In this document: positions 1-16,000 of the stretch, piece by piece
Position numbering within the stretch: the first letter of the stretch is position 1
Layout of the letters: every line of letters starts with the position of its first letter
Source: Octopus vulgaris
Lineage: Eukaryota
NCBI GenBank assembly: GCA_951406725.2
Contig: OX597820.1
Span: 79,546,001-79,610,000 of the forward strand
Direction of reading: 5' to 3'
Length of the DNA stretch: 64,000 nt
Notes under the pieces: model-generated
What the model saw: the letters and a program-made list of their open reading frames with translations, nothing else
Told to the model about the DNA's origin: nothing
The model's database searches: none
Made by a program: the position numbers and the translations under genes

Positions 1-1276
1 ACCCATTCCCCAAAACCATTTTATCATAATACAAGGATAAAGATAACGGAAATGATACAGAAATCTGACCACACAATGCAGGTAGTGCACTATAGTGTAT
101 TGCACAACAGTATATGGTATAATACAATTTAATTGACTAATTTGTGTTGTATACATGTGTGTGTGTGTGTGTGTGTAAGACACATCTAATGAACTGAATG
201 GATGGTAGACTGACTGGCAACACGATCAAACAGGCTGGTTATATGAATGAATTGATAAGGGAAAGAGATGGCAATGAAACAGATAAGTAAAACCAAAATA
301 ACACACACACATTGAGATGCATATATATGCACATGTACATGTGTGCATAATGAAAATGAAAATTGTGATAGAAACATGCACACACACACACACACTCGCA
401 CATGCATACATGAATACTCACTGCCGTATACAGAGGTATGTATGGCACCTCAGCCAAAATTGCATATAGAAGCACGTATCTGCATATTCAAACACACACC
501 AATATGAAACACGAAGGGAAACGTTTGCATTTTACAGAGCTTGTATAGAGAGAGTGTAGGAGGTCAGTGAAAGGTCACATTAGCGTGACAAAAGGCTTTA
601 TGTAACTAATTAATCAGTTGATTACGAAACAGAAGTGAACCAGAACCAGTGCTTTTTTTGCTTTTTGCTATTACACAGAATGACCCTCCCAAAGTACATG
701 TACACACACACATATATCATCCCCATCATCCTTTTAACATCTGCTTTTCTATACTCTCACATGGGTCAAATGGAATTAGTTGGGGCAGATTTTCTACCAT
801 CAGGTGTCCTTCCTGTCACCTGCTTTCATCTGTTTCCAAGCAACATAATACTTCTCCTATAGATATGTTTTTCACGGAAGACTGGAAACAAACAACACTG
901 CTTGTATAACAGTGATTCTCATTTACAACCATCACAGTATAGCATATAATATAGTGTAAAATTGAGAAGGTACTTTAGTCTTGTCATGACTCTTTAGTCT
1001 TTAGTCATGACAACCTCTCTAGTGCTGGTGCCATGATAAAATACATCCAATAAACTCTGTAAAGTGGTTGGTAATTAGAAGGGCAGCCATTGAAAACAGC
1101 TGATGATTAAGATCATCACCATCATCATCTTACATTACCTTTCCTCATCGTATTTTCTATTTTCAGCATGATTGTGTGTAATAATAAATTTGTATGAGAT
1201 AAAATGATTTTGTTTTCTTTCTTTTTTTCTTTTAATGTTGTGATTTAATGTTTGTTTTGTTTTGTTTTGTTTGTAG

Positions 1277-1470
1277 GGTTATCTCTTTATCACAGTGCTC
1301 ATCAGTGCTGGCAGTGACCTCATGAAATTGGTCATTCAGTCAATCAAGAACGACCTTAACAGCCGCAACCCAGTACATGTTAACCTAGCTTTACAGTGCG
1401 TTGCCAATATTGGCAGCCGAGAAATGGCAGAAAACTTGGGGACGGAGATTCCACGTTTACTCGTATCGGG
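1277..1470 (+). CDS. AP2A: AP2A exon (194 nt), adaptin N-terminal trunk
   Basis: ttgtag|GGTTAT...TCGGG|gtcagt; [65 protein letters not shown]. Confidence 0.95.
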
Positions 1471-4400
1471 GTCAGTCATTTTCCACTCTTTCTTAACTCT
1501 CTTTAAATGTATGAGTTTATTTTTTTTAACCAAACACATCATTTCAAACAAATTTAGTCTTTGTTCATCATTAGATGTTGTATATGTCTATTTGTCTATG
1601 CCTGTCTGTCTGTCTGTGTGTCTGCTGTCTTTGTGTGCCCGTCTGTCTATGTCTGTCTGTTAGAACTACACTAAATTTTTCCGTCCTCTTCAAGAGATTC
1701 TGCCAAACTCTTTATTGGTGGTTAGCTGATTAGAGTTTAGGTTATTCTGTTTCACATTCTATATTTAACTAGCATTCTTGTATCCTTTTTGTGTTACATC
1801 TAAACAAATCCTTTTTCTTTTTGGTGAGGACTTCACATAACCCCCCACACCACCACCAAATTTGTGTGACAGAAATTATTCTAATTTCTTTCCTTTGATC
1901 TGATAGTCTACTTCTAATTATTTGTGATGTTCCAATAGTCCATTATTAATTAGATCTTACACTCTGTTGCTTGTTTCATGGAAAGTCTTTGTTCTGATCT
2001 AAATAATATCTGTTTACATTATTCCTTGTTTTCTCATTTTCCTTCACAAAAAGAAAAAAACCATTTGTCCATATCATATAAGAACCTGTATTTTACTTGT
2101 CTATCTTTAGCTATTTAAAAAAAGTTGTTTTTTTTTAATGTACTTTTTGTTTTGTTTTGTAGGGAGACTATTGACTCTGTAAAGCAAAGTGCAGCCTTGA
2201 CATTGCTGCGTTTATTGCGCACTTCACCTGACTTGATCCAGATGGGTGAATGGACATCTCGTGTTATTCACTTGTTGAATGACCAACATATGGTAATAAT
2301 TTCTCATTTTACTGTCCAGCATTTCGATTACTCTGTCAAATGTAAAGCTCGTTTATTCATACTGTTTTGAATTAATCATGCATTATCTTCAAGGTTTCAG
2401 TGACGTGATTGTTTATTTTTAGAATTACATAGTAGGGTAGGTGTGACAAGCTGGATCTGGTCAGTTTGGACATTAAAGAGATAGAATATATGGGCCTGAT
2501 ATGGTCAGTTTAAATAGATCTTATGTGGTCACTGAAATGTTTTGAGTAGAAATATCACTGATATTCAGTAGATGGCTATTGTAATAACTTGACCATCCAG
2601 CTCATATATAAGTAAGACTTTATTCTCCACCATAGATTTAAACATAAAATCTACTTTTACCAGTTTTGATATGACAGGACTGTCCTAAATTTGTGTTACT
2701 TAAATTATGATTAGTTCATGGTACAATTTTGCCAGTTCATCATTATCATCATTGAATGTTTGCTTTCTGTGTTGGCATGGGTTGGACGGTTTGATTGAAA
2801 ACTGATAGGCCTGGGAGCTGCACCAAGTTCTGATCTGATTTGGCAAGGTTTCTATGTCTGGATGCTCTTCCTAATGCCAACCACTCGGAGAAGATAATGG
2901 GTGCTTTTTATGTGCCACTGGCACGACACCGGCATCAGCCATGACTATGATCTCACTTGGTTTGACAGGCCTTCACAAGTATACCATCAAAGGTCTTGGT
3001 CACTTGTCACTGCCTCTGTGAGGCCCAACGCATGAACAGTGCTTTTTATGTGCCACCGGCATCGGTGCCAATCTGACAGCACTAGCATCAGCCATGACTA
3101 CAATATCACTTGGCTTGACAGGTCTTCTCAAGCACAGCATATCACCCAATGTTTCAAGGGTGCTTTTTATGTGCCAGTTATGCCACACTGGCATTGACCA
3201 TGAATACGATCTTACTTGGCTTGACGGGTCATCTGAAGTAGGTATAATGCCGAAGGTCTCAGACACTTGTCATTGCCTCCATGAGGCCCAAGATTCAAAG
3301 ATCATTCTTCATCACCTGTCTTCCTGGGTCTACCTCTTCCTATTAATATAAAATTAATCACCTTATCACAGAAGTAAAATATACAAAATAAATGCATATT
3401 TGTTATATACATCATAATATATGTCATCCCTTCTTAATTTTTTAAAATATAGTTAATGTGTGTTTTGCCTTTTTGTCTTGCAAGGTACTGGGTGACTCTG
3501 TCAGTGATGGTGCCATGTAAAAAGCACCATTTATGATACCACATAAAAAGTGCTGGTGCTGGGGCCACATAAAAGGAACTGATACTGATACCATGTGAAG
3601 AGCACCTAGTACACTCTGAGAAATGGTTGGTGTTTGGAAGGGCATCCAGCTGTAGAAAACATTCCAAAACAGATAACTGGATCTTTGTGCAGCTCTCCGG
3701 CTTGCCAGTTCCTGTCAAACCATCCAACCCAACCATGCCAGCATGGAAAACTACCATTAAATAATGACAGTTGAACATAATTGCTACCCCTCAAAATATT
3801 TTGTTGGTTTATGTTATTATTTAAATGGAAAATACATGCTTTAACCCTTTTGTTATTGTATTTATTTAGAGATGCTCTGTGTTTCTTTCAGTTACTTTAA
3901 ATATAACAAAGAATTTAGTAAAATAATTTAGTTATCATTAAGCTAGTGTTAGGAACATAAATTGTGACTAAGGTTTTGTGGAAGATTTTAATTCAAAACT
4001 TATGAAAACAAGACATTTGCACTCAGCCAGAGCCGGTTTCGGACGGTTTATAACAAAAGGGTTAATATTCATTGCAAATATTGGGGTGAGTGTAATATCC
4101 CTGTGCATCTTTTATGCTATCAGATCTGTTACTGTCACTGCAATTTGCTAGTCTATGTTCTACTAAAGTCACAGGTAGAAAGGACAATGGATACAACAAT
4201 CTTAATGATTTTTAATAGTTTGATCACAAATTAGGGGGCAACCAAAAAGTGACTTAGTAAAGACGAAAGTAGGACAGTGAGATGCAACAGGAATGCATTT
4301 ATTGATAGAGAGAAAGAGCATTATGTAAAAAAAATGTAAGACATGTTATAGAACAAAAGTAATGAAGAAATAACGTGATCTAAAGTAGAAACAATGTACC

Positions 4401-7235
4401 GTGACCTTTTATGGGTCATATCATTTGTGGCATTAGGTTTTAAAAGGTTGAATAATAGTTTACAATATAAAGATAGACTGCATGCAGTTCATTATGCAAG
4501 CATCAAAATTTTAAACTAAAATTTTTTTTATGTCACAAACCTTAAATTGTTATTGGATTGTATATGCTATGAAGGGTGTAATAAATTTTTTATTAGCGGA
4601 AAATAAATACTTTTCTATAAGCCTTAGTACTTATGCACACACACACCAAAGAAAAGCAATATTTTTCCATTGTGGTGTCTGTTACATATTCCCCGGTGGA
4701 AATATTACTATGCATGTAGCCAAGATTTTCTGATACATAATCACATTAAATTACTTAGTAAATTAACTACTGTGTGACCTGACAGCCAATTTCTCGGCTG
4801 GAGTGCTTACTGTGAGATCTGCTTGATTCTCCAAGTCCAACTTTCTACTTTGTGTGTGTGTATGAGTATAACAAATTACGATCTAATTTATGATCTTAAG
4901 TTTTCTGTTAATAATATTTATAATATCATTTATTAAATTTTCATTTTTGCAATTTATTTTTAGGGTGTTGTCACCTCTGCTGCAAGTCTTATTGAAGCTC
5001 TTGTGAGAAAGAATCCTGAGGAATACAAAGGCTGTGTGTCATTGGCTGTATCTCGGTTGAGCAGAGTGAGTTACTCTTTTCCTTCTTACTTTTTGTGTGT
5101 TTCATACAATAGCATTTCACAGTGAAAGATATAATTATTTGCTTGACTGACAGACAAGCTAAAGGAAGGATGCTGCTTCACTCTAAATTCCTGGTGAGTA
5201 ATTTTCTGTGAAAGGGATTCTAATTTGGCTAAAATATATTTCTGTTCTCAATGCATTTAAGTACGTTGCTTCATACTGAAAGGTCAACAGTTGGGGATGT
5301 ATTGGCTGTAATTATAAGCTATTATTTCTTCAGACTCTAAGAACTCTGAGCTGGCAGAATTGTTCACACATTGGATGAAAGTTTAGTGGCATTTCCTCCG
5401 GTGCTTTACATTCCGAGTTCAAGCTCTGCCACAGTCAGCTTTGCTTTTTATCTTCTCAGTTTTGATAAAATATGTACCAGTCATGTATTGGTGTCAGTGT
5501 AATCAAGACACCCCCTCCTCTTCCTCCTATTCCTACTCTGCTGGCTTTGTACCAAAATTTAGAACCAATATTTCTTCAGGCTTTAAGGCAGCAACCGGGC
5601 AGAATCATTTGCGCATTGGATAAAAACTTAGAATGTAAAGAACCAAAAGAAATGCTGCTAAGTTCAAAGTTTGTTGCCGTTGACTTTTCCTTTCACCCTT
5701 CTTTTGTGGGGTCCATAAAATAATTATGAGTTACCCTTAAAACTAGTGGCCTTGTTTCAAAAATAGAAATGAATTACATCTTCATACACTTCTATTCCTT
5801 TTTTTCTAATTCTGTTTTCCAATGATAATTCTAAATGATTTAAGTTTGAGTGGCTGTGTAGTAAGTAGCTTGCTTCCCAACCACATGGTCCTGGGTTCAG
5901 TCCCACTGTGTGACACCTTGGGCAAGTGTCTTCTACTATAGCCTCAAGCTGACCAAAGCCTTAGGAAGAAACTCATTGTATATATGTGTGGGTTGGGGTT
6001 AGTGTGTGTGTTTGTGTCTGTGTTTGTCCCTACTACCATTGCTTGACTACTGATGTTGGTGTGCTTACATCTCCATAACTTAGTGGTTCAGCAAAAGAGA
6101 CAGATATAATAAGAACTAGGCTTTGTTCAACTAAAGCCGGTGCTCCAGCACGGCTGCAGTCAAATGACAAACAAATAAAACAATATATATATGTATATAT
6201 AAGGCATGGCTGTGTGGTAAGAAGCTTCCTTCCCAACTGCAGAGTTCAAGGGTCAGTCCCACTGCATAGCACCTTGGGTAAGTGTCTCCAACTATAGCCT
6301 CAAGCTGACCAAAGCCTTGTGAGTGAATTTGGTAAGCAGTAACTGAAAGAAGCCTGTCATATGTATGTGTGTGTGTTTGTGTCTGCGTTTGTCCTCCATC
6401 ATAGCTTGACAACTGGTGTTTGTGTATTTACATCCCCATAAATTAGTGGTTTGGCAAAAGAGAGTGATGGAATGAGTACCAGGCTTTAAAAGAAAAATAT
6501 GTTCTGTGGTTGATTCATTTGGCTAAAATAATTTCTCAAAAGCAGTGCTCCAGTATGGCTGCTATCTTATGAGTGAAATAAGTAAATGATAAAAGATACA
6601 CACACACCTTATAATTTCTCAAGTTTATCACAGAATCACACTTTTATTACTTGCTGCTAAATGACTTTTAGGTTTTGTTAATGCTTTACCAAAAGGTTTC
6701 TCAAATAGATAATATTCCAAGTCAACTGGTGTTGTCAGTACAATGTCTTCTTTCATAAAATTCTTATGGCTTCTCTTTTCTATATTCTCAACCATACCTT
6801 AGCAATGCTCCAGAATTCATTTATTTATTTACATTGTTGTTGCTTAATTTTCATTTTGGCATTATTATAGTTTTTATTACAAGGTACATTAGCTTTAATA
6901 TCTACTGGCATACTATTATGTTGCTATGCTTTGCTGCAAAGAAAATGCTAATACCATTCCAATTCCATTAGTGTGTAACGAAGTTAAGAAAAATAGCTTC
7001 GTTACCAGGGAGTGGGTGGCAAAATATTTGCTAATCCTTCTTTCTGCTTTCATGTGTGTGTGTGCGTGATATGTATCAGTCATTGGACAGTGCCCATGCT
7101 GGGGTACCACCTTGAAGGATCACAAATCAACCCCTTTTAAGTCCTGTACTTATTGGTCTCTTTTGCGGAACTATTAAATTACGTAGAACATAAATGAACC
7201 AACAACGTTTGTCAAGTGGTGGTAGGCGACAAACA

Positions 7236-7275
<40 letters not shown>

Positions 7276-9962
7276 ATAGGCTTCTACACAGTTTCCATTT
7301 CCTAGATTCCCTCACACGGCATTGGTCAGCTCACAACTATAATAAAGTCGAAGTAATTTTGTTGTTCTTTCTGTTTTACTCAGTCTCCTTTATTGTCTTC
7401 TAATATACATTATTAAATAACATAAACTTCATCTTCAATATTAAACCATCATTTTCCTGTTTTTCTTTTCTCTATAAATAACCTCTTTATTTAATATTTC
7501 AATGCAAAGGTATATCAAAAGAACACAATATTTTCAGCAGTTATTTCTTCTTCTTCTTTATTTGTTTGTTTTCATAAGCTTTATATATTCTTATTTCATT
7601 TGGCCAATTTCATTTAGTTGTTCAATTTTCCTAAGTATAAATCTAATGGGTTTTTTTTCAACATTTAATCTTCTGAGTATTGCACCTCATAAAATAATAC
7701 AGTTTTTCTTGGCTAATTTTATTCTCCCTCCTCTTTTTTCTCAGCATTTGTCTGTGTTTCTTTCTCTCTCTCTCTCTCCTCGTGCTCGCACAAAACTTTC
7801 TATGATGACCTATTATTGACCAAATGTATATTATGTTCGTCTAGTACACTTAATCTACTTATGGCTAAGACAGCATTTTAAAGTTTAGATGCTCAAGAAA
7901 AATTCCTTCCTGTGTTATATGATATCTTCAACATCTTAATGCCAGTCTATTCTGATAGAGTAAATTTTGCACATCAGCTTGATCATTCCGTTTTAATTTT
8001 CTTTCGAGTAGACTATAGACAACAGACCAATCAGTGCTTATGAAGTGAGTGAGTGTACGTGCATGTTAATTGATGTATGTTAGGAATGCATAATGAGCAT
8101 TTCATTTTATAGAGATGGGAAGCATTTCAGAAGTTGAACTTAGGAACAAAGAAGTTGTTAACTACGTTTCCTGAAGTGATTAGTCTGGTCGGCTACTCAC
8201 TTGTCTACAATTCATATCCACCGACTTTATCATCATTATTTAATGTCCTCTTTTCCATGCTTGTATGGGTCAGATAGAATTTGTTGAGATAGATTTTGTT
8301 TCCAAGCAAGGTGATATTCCCTCATGGCCAGACACATTTCTCATAGAAGACCACCTTTATTTGTATGACAATGATGCTCATTTAAAGCCATCATGTGATG
8401 TCTACACAGGCTTACATCCTAACACACACACTCATTCCCAAACGACACTTATTTTAGTGCTGTTGACACCACTGGATTGAATGGTACTGCCCAGGTGTCG
8501 AAACCATAATGATATCCGTGGGACAGCTGATGATGGAAGTATGCTGGATTGCTGGTATGGCTGTGGAATAGTATTATAAAAGATCCTTTTAATATATATT
8601 TATGTATATTGTTGCTATTATGCAAAAGGTGTCATAAGTCCAAAACGTTGCTATTTCAGAAAACGAAAATATAGTTTCACCATTCCATAGCAAAACCATT
8701 GTACTACACTTTGACAATTTTTGATATTTTGGTGTCTGAAGCAACTGGAGTTATGATAGTTTGACCAAAAGGACCAGCTATTGCAAGTAAAAATAGATAT
8801 TGAAAAACACGCATTTGGTCAAATTTAGCGTAACAGCAACAATACACACACATATACACACACACTAGGGAGTGCTGAAAAGTTCCTGGCTTTGGATATA
8901 AGAAAATACAGGAGGATCAGTAAATTATGATTTTATTCACCATATTCCCCTCTCAGATTCACACACTTGTTGCAGTGGCCCTTCAGTTTTTCTAAACCCT
9001 GTAAAAGAACTTGGAAGGTTAGGCCACCAACCAGGCCTTTCGCAATACCCTTAAAGCCTGGAACTTTTCAGCATGCCCTCATATATATGCATACATACAT
9101 GATGGGCTTCCACACAATTCCTGTTTAACAAATCCACTCACAAGGCTTTGGTCATCCTGAAGCTATAGTAGAAGCCCAAGGTACCAACCAGTGGGACTGA
9201 ACCTAAGATTACATAGCAGGGAAGCAAGTGTCTTCTACAATAACTCTGTGCCAACCAATGCCTTGTGAGTGAATTTGGTAAAACAGAAACTGTGTTGAAG
9301 CCCATTGTGTGTGTGTGTGGATTTGTGTTTGTACTTTCAACACTACTTTGTGTCTGTGTGCGTGTGTGTGTGTGTGTAAGAGAGAAAGAGAGGGGGAAGG
9401 GTGACAGAAATAATGAGAATTAGATTGAACACTAATTGACTGTATCAGATTAAATTCTTCTTTGGATATAAATTCATTTGGCATCTTAAAACATTCCTCT
9501 CTTTCAATATTAGAACAAATGATTAGATTTTTTTTTTCTATTTGTTTTTATACCAGTTTTGCTTTGCTTCCATTATCTTTACCTTCAATTCCTCTGTTTT
9601 TTCCAGTTTAACATAAAGCAATCGTGCAATCTATCTTGGAATTAATTCTTGCAATGGTTGAATTTTCTTGTTTTTGTTTTCCTGAGGTTGTTCCCATTTT
9701 TTTTTTAACCATTCTCCTTTACCATTTCGTTCCATAATAACTAACTTTGTAATGTTTATTCATTCCTCTGTTGCAGTTTACTTTCTGGAAGAATAGTTAA
9801 CTAACAAACATACTCTCTTTCTTCAGATCAATTAATTGTTTCTATTTAGATAAGGCTCTCTAACTAAAATCTTCATTATTAGATTTGTTAAAATTATTCT
9901 GTTCTCTATGCTATTTGTAGCCTCAAAAGATGTAAGATTCTTAAAATTAATTCTCTTGTTAC

Positions 9963-10019
<57 letters not shown>

Positions 10020-13000
10020 TCAATTGTAATTTGATATGCTTAATTTTGCTTCAAGTTAGTTTATTGATTTTTCTGGATAATGTCGTTGAAGCATATTTGC
10101 TTCGAGGTTTGAAATTTGAAAAAGAAATACTCAAGACATTTGGGAATTTCACGCTTGTTTAATCTTTGATAACTAACTCTGAAATTGTTAATTTATGTAG
10201 ACAAATATTTAGTGAAAATTTCCTCAGTGAAAAGTAAAAAATATTATTAAAATGATATTGTTATTTTGTTTATTGTTTTAATTGTCATGGGGCACTCTAA
10301 AATCCTTTTGCTTCCATTTTCTGCCACATCAATAAGAATGTTAGATTATCAGAAAGGTTTCTAAATAAAAGCAAAATAGAAAAGATCATCATCATCATCC
10401 TATACTGTGTTAGTTTGCAGGGATATTGTCTTGAGGTTTGGTGACAACAAGTCTCCTCAAACCTGAAGAATCTTTAAGATTCTTGCAGAATAAAGGATTG
10501 CACTTTTCTGCAGGTTGACGTTGCAAGTCCCAATTCCAGTATTTCTCAACCTCTTTGGCAGCAGTTCTGTATTGTGCCAAGTGCACCAATTACCACTGGA
10601 ATAAGTGTTGCCATGGTCTTCCACAGCCCTTCTTCATGTTGCTGGCTAGGTCCTGGTACTTCTCAATTTTTTACCAGTTCCAATCTTTTATCATATGATT
10701 TTGTGGAGTCTATGATTTCACACTTTTTTGTCCCCTATAATCACATCTGGTCTTGTAGTTTCTTTTGTATGGTCAGTCTTTATGGGAAATCCCATAAAAT
10801 CCTGCATTTATTATTCTCCACCATAGCTTCTGGCTCATGTTCTTTCCTCATTATTAATGCAGCAAGCAGGCAGAATTATTAGCACGTTGGGCAAAATGTG
10901 TAGCAGTATTTTTTCCAACTCCTTGTGTTTTGAGATCAAATCCTGCCATGGTCAACTTTGCCTTTTATCCTTCTGGGGCCAATAAAATAAGTACCACAAC
11001 ACTAGGGTCATTGTAATCCCCCTTCCTCCACTCCCCTAAAACATTGCTGGCCTTGTGCCAAAATTTCAAAACATTTGTTTCTCTCTTCTGGATTTGCCAG
11101 TCTTGAGCATGTTTTGCTTTCTGATGTCATTTTCTTGATTTGGAGGAAGAGAAGATTTGCATTTTGAATTTTTTATTCCTCACCTCAGACAATAAAAAAA
11201 AAATTTGTAAATATAGTCACAGGTATGGCTGTATTGTAAGGAGCTTGCTTCCTGACCACATAGCTCTGGGTTCAGTCCTACTGCAAGGCATCTTGGGCAA
11301 TTTTCTTCTAGTATAATATTGGGCCAACCATATCCTTGTGAACAGATTTGGTAGACGGAAATTGAAAGAAACCTGTTGTGTATATATATTTGTGCGTGTG
11401 TGTGTGTGTGTCTATGTTTATCCCTTTCCACTGCTTGACAACTGGTGTTGGTGTGTTTACACCCCTATAACATAGCAGTTCAGCAAAAGATACCAATAGA
11501 ATAAGTATCAAGCATTAGAAATTAAGCACTGGGGTTGATTCGTTCAACTAAAGATTCTTCAAGACTGTGCCCCAGTATGGCTGCAGTCTAGTGACCGAAA
11601 CAAGTAAAAGGTATGTCATTCATTAAGGTGATGACTCTAATGGTGCTTCTATAAAGGTGAGAGTAACGTTTAGGTCTTCAAATGAAAATGCTTTGCATAT
11701 TTGTTCTAACTCTTTACTTTCTGAATTCAAATCCTGTTGAAGTCAACTTTGCTTTTCATCCTTTCTGGATGTTTCTCCTGAATTGCTTTCAGCTTTTACA
11801 GATAATAACATCAGTAATTACATACTGGGAGAGATACCACTTGGAATTAATGGCAAGCTATTGATATGGTAACATGTGGTTTGCGCAACATAACTGGAAA
11901 CATTTGTTCTATATTTGTGGTGACAAAGGTTTCTGTCACCTATCTGTGTCATCTGTCTTAGCCATCATCCTGTCTCATATGGCTGGTAAAATTGCTCACC
12001 AAATGGTTTTTATAGGGAACTGGAAGTCAAATTCTAGAATGTTTGAGAAAACCTGTCCGTGCCATTGCTTTACATTGATTGTTTGGTTTTACATGAAATC
12101 ACATGAAATTATGATGGTTTGTTTGTGATCTTTGATGATGTATCCAGGGATTTGGTTTTGAATCTCTGCTACAGTGTCGTTGCCTTTTTAAAGTTTTGAT
12201 TTGCTTTTAATCTACAAACTGTATCAAATGTTTTCGTGTTTATCATTACAGATTGTTACTTCATCATACACTGACCTTCAGGATTACACTTACTATTTTG
12301 TTCCTGCACCTTGGTTATCAGTGAAGTTGCTAAGGCTGCTACAGAATTATCCTCCTCCAGGTAACCAATTCCTCACTACTAAATCTTGATTTGTTTCTTG
12401 TTTCACTTTGATGTCTCTAACACCCCAAGTGTTCAGAGTTAATCTTTAATCAAGGAGTTACTGCAAGGTGGGAGGTATAATCTATTGCCGAGTTTAACTC
12501 TATCATCTGGCACTTTGGATCCTTTAGCAGTGTCCCTTCTATTACGAGTATTTGGGGTGGATCTCCAGTTTGAGGAAAGCTTCTTCTCTCTCTTTTAGCA
12601 ATCTTATAGACTCTCTATAGGTCATGGGTATTGCCATCCCATCCTAGTAAAATGTTTTAGAAAAATGGTTTTCGTGTATTTATCATCATCATTGTTTAGC
12701 ACATGTTTTCCATGCTGGGTTGGACGTTTCGACAGGAGCAGAGGGCTGTAGCAGGCTCCATTGTCTGCTTTGGTATGACATTGGAGTTGCCATTAGGAAG
12801 GGTGCCACATTTGCACCTATAAAACTGTAAAAATTAAAAATAACATCGCATTCATGCTACAGATAAAACAGGTGAGAAATATGAAAAAATATAATGTAAA
12901 TTATATTTGACTTAATTTGATGTTTTTTTATCACCTAATTTAAGATCAAGCTTCAATGTAAAAAAATAATCTCTTAATTTTTCAAATGTTAACCTTAGAC

Positions 13001-16000
13001 AAGGATATCAATATCTATTTCTTGTGTAAGATTTTATTTATTATGAAATAATTATATCATGGTTGGCAGTGAATTTAGTGAGAAATCATGTAGAAAAGGT
13101 GCCCCTCTTCCTTTTGTTTATTATAATTCTTATGATTATAACACAAGAGTTCAAGGCTGGTTGGTTTTGGGAATATATTTCTGCTGATAATCTGGTTTGA
13201 AGTGCCAAAGATCAAAGTATTTGTTAACATGAGAGAGTGTGATTTCCTAATGTCATTTGTTATGATGCGTTGCTTTGATGTAGGAAGGAAATAGATTGGA
13301 AGTTGATAGTGTGTAATTAGTGCAAGCACTCGGTACATGAAACAGTGGGCTAATAGAGAACCAGGACTTTGAGTATAGTAGATTCACTGCAGAAGTTTAT
13401 AGAAAGAATAGCCATGAATTGCTAAGACAGAATGAGATGATTGGGTATGAATGTTTGGTTGTTAATGATTTGGCCCAGCCGATTGGATTGTGAACCTGTC
13501 TTATTTTGATAGTACAGTTTGAACTGAGGACAAAGACACACATACATACGTGTGCAGAAATATATTCATTTAGAGAGAGGAAGAGAGACAGTCATCATCA
13601 TCATTTAATGTCTCTTTTCCTTGCTGGCATGGGTGGGACTGTTTGACAGGAACTGGAAAATTGGAGAGCTGCAGCAGACTCCAATTGTCAGTTTTGGCAT
13701 GGTTCTGACAGATGGATGCCCTTCCCAATGTGAGCCACTTTACAGTGTACAGAGTGCCTTTTACTTGACACCAGCACAAGTGCTTTACACATGGCACCAG
13801 CATGGGTGCTTTTTATGTGGCGCATGTATGGAATGTTAACACTTCCTTCTTCTCATGTACATCATCATCATCATCATTGTTTAACATCCGCTTTCTATGC
13901 TAGCATGGGTTGGGGGCGATTTGACTGAGGTCTGGCAAACCAGATGGCTGTTACCAGATTCCAGTCTGATCTGGCAGAGTTTCTACAGCTGAATGCCCTT
14001 CCTAACGCCAACCACACCGAGAGTGTAGTGGGTGCTTTTACGTGCCACCGGTACGAGGGCCAGTTAGGCGGTACTGGCAACGGCCACACTCAAATGGTGC
14101 TTTTTATGTGCCACCTGCACAGGAGCCAGTCCAGCAGCACTGGCAACGACCTCGCTCGAATGTTTTTTCACGTGAGAAATCTGCTTATGCTCATAAACAG
14201 AGAGCAGGAGAGAGAGAGTCAATGGAAGAAACATTAAATCCTCTGATGTCTAGTAAGCAAGCATCAGATTAGCAATGCCAAATAAGCATGGCCAAAACAG
14301 CTGTGCCAAAATGCCTCATGCTCACACGAGATAATGCAGTTGATAATGTTTGTTACCTTGGGTGAGCTAATTAGTGCTGGGCTTAATTATAGTGAAAGTA
14401 TGGGTGTTAGGGTAAGGAAACGGTGGGGGAGGGGGTAGTTTGTTCTTTTGTCATCAACAAAATATTACTGTTTTCATATAAACAGCAGACAGTGTAAGTA
14501 GGTTGTACCTCTGCTTGTTATAAAGGGTAAATAAAATGGTTGGCATTAAGGACAGGAACAAGTGGCTTGCAATAGAGGATGACTACCCCAGTTGGAAAAA
14601 GAAGAGGTGGGTGATTAGGATATGTCAGGATGTCCTCCCAAGTTCAAACCCAGACTATGTCTACTCTGATAATCAGTGAATCCTCTGTGTGTGTATACAT
14701 GTGACTAGGGTCCACATGTGAACATGTATTTCCACTGAGACTCTGTACATGAACTTTATAACCCATTCTATGTGGTTACTCAACTGGAACTTTTAGGGGT
14801 GATCTAATATCATTTCTCTTTTTATCAATTTATCTATCAATTCCAAAATTGGAATTACTTCAGTTAATTTTTTCAAAACTTACTAATAGGTGCAGGTGTG
14901 GCTGTGTGGCAAGAAGCTTGCTTCCCAGCCACATGGTTCCAGGTTCAGTCCCATGGCATGGCACCTTCAGCAAGTGCCTTCTACTATAGCCTCTGGCCAA
15001 CCTAAGCCTTATGAGTGGATTTGGTAGGTGGAAACTGAAAGAAGCCCATCAGATATGTGTGTTTGTGTTTGTCCCCATTGCTTGACAGCCAGTGTTGGTG
15101 TGTTTATGTCCCTGTAACTTAATGGTTTAGCAAAAGAGGTTGATAGAATAAGTACCATGTTTAAAAAAAAAATAGGTATTGGGGTTGATTCATTCAACTA
15201 AATATTCTTCAAGGTGGTGCCCCAGCATGGCCACAGTCTAATAACTAAAACAAAAGATAATGTTTATTTATTTCTATTTGCTCCCATGGGATAATTACTT
15301 TGTTTTGCATATCTTTTTTTGCCACTTACATCTAATGTAAGAAATTTTCTTTCTGCAGAGGATCCAGCCGTTCGCACACGTCTCACGGAATGCTTGGAAA
15401 CTATACTCAACAAAGCACAAGAAGCACCGAAATCTAAAAAGGCACAGCATTCCAATGCCAAAAATGCAGTATTGTTTGAAGCGATAAATCTAATCATTCA
15501 CATGGACAGTGATCCTAACCTTTTAGTTAGAGCTTGTAACCAACTTGGACAGTTTCTTCAGCACAGAGAGACCAATCTCAGGTATATTGTGGTTTTATCC
15601 ATATTAAAAAAATGTCCCCTTCTTTATCTTACTCTCTAACTTCCTCTCCTTTCTCTTACAACTAGGGCATCCATCTATCTACTCTATAGCAAGACATGTT
15701 TCTGTTCTTCTATACATTTAATCTCTCAACTAATACAAATCCACCATCACCACCACCATCCTGCCTCAACACCACTCACCACCTCCCAGCTGAGGAATTT
15801 TGTCTTGCAAGTCGCTTGGTGACCCTTTTGGTGCTTGTGCCTTGTGAAATGTGCTGGTGTTATGTAAAAAATAAAAAAGGCATTGGTGCCATATAAAAAG
15901 CACCTAGTACACTTTTGTAAAATGTTTGGCATAAAGAAGGGCATCCAGCTGTAGACACCATGCCAAACAGACAATGGAACCTGGTGTGGCTCCTGGCCCT

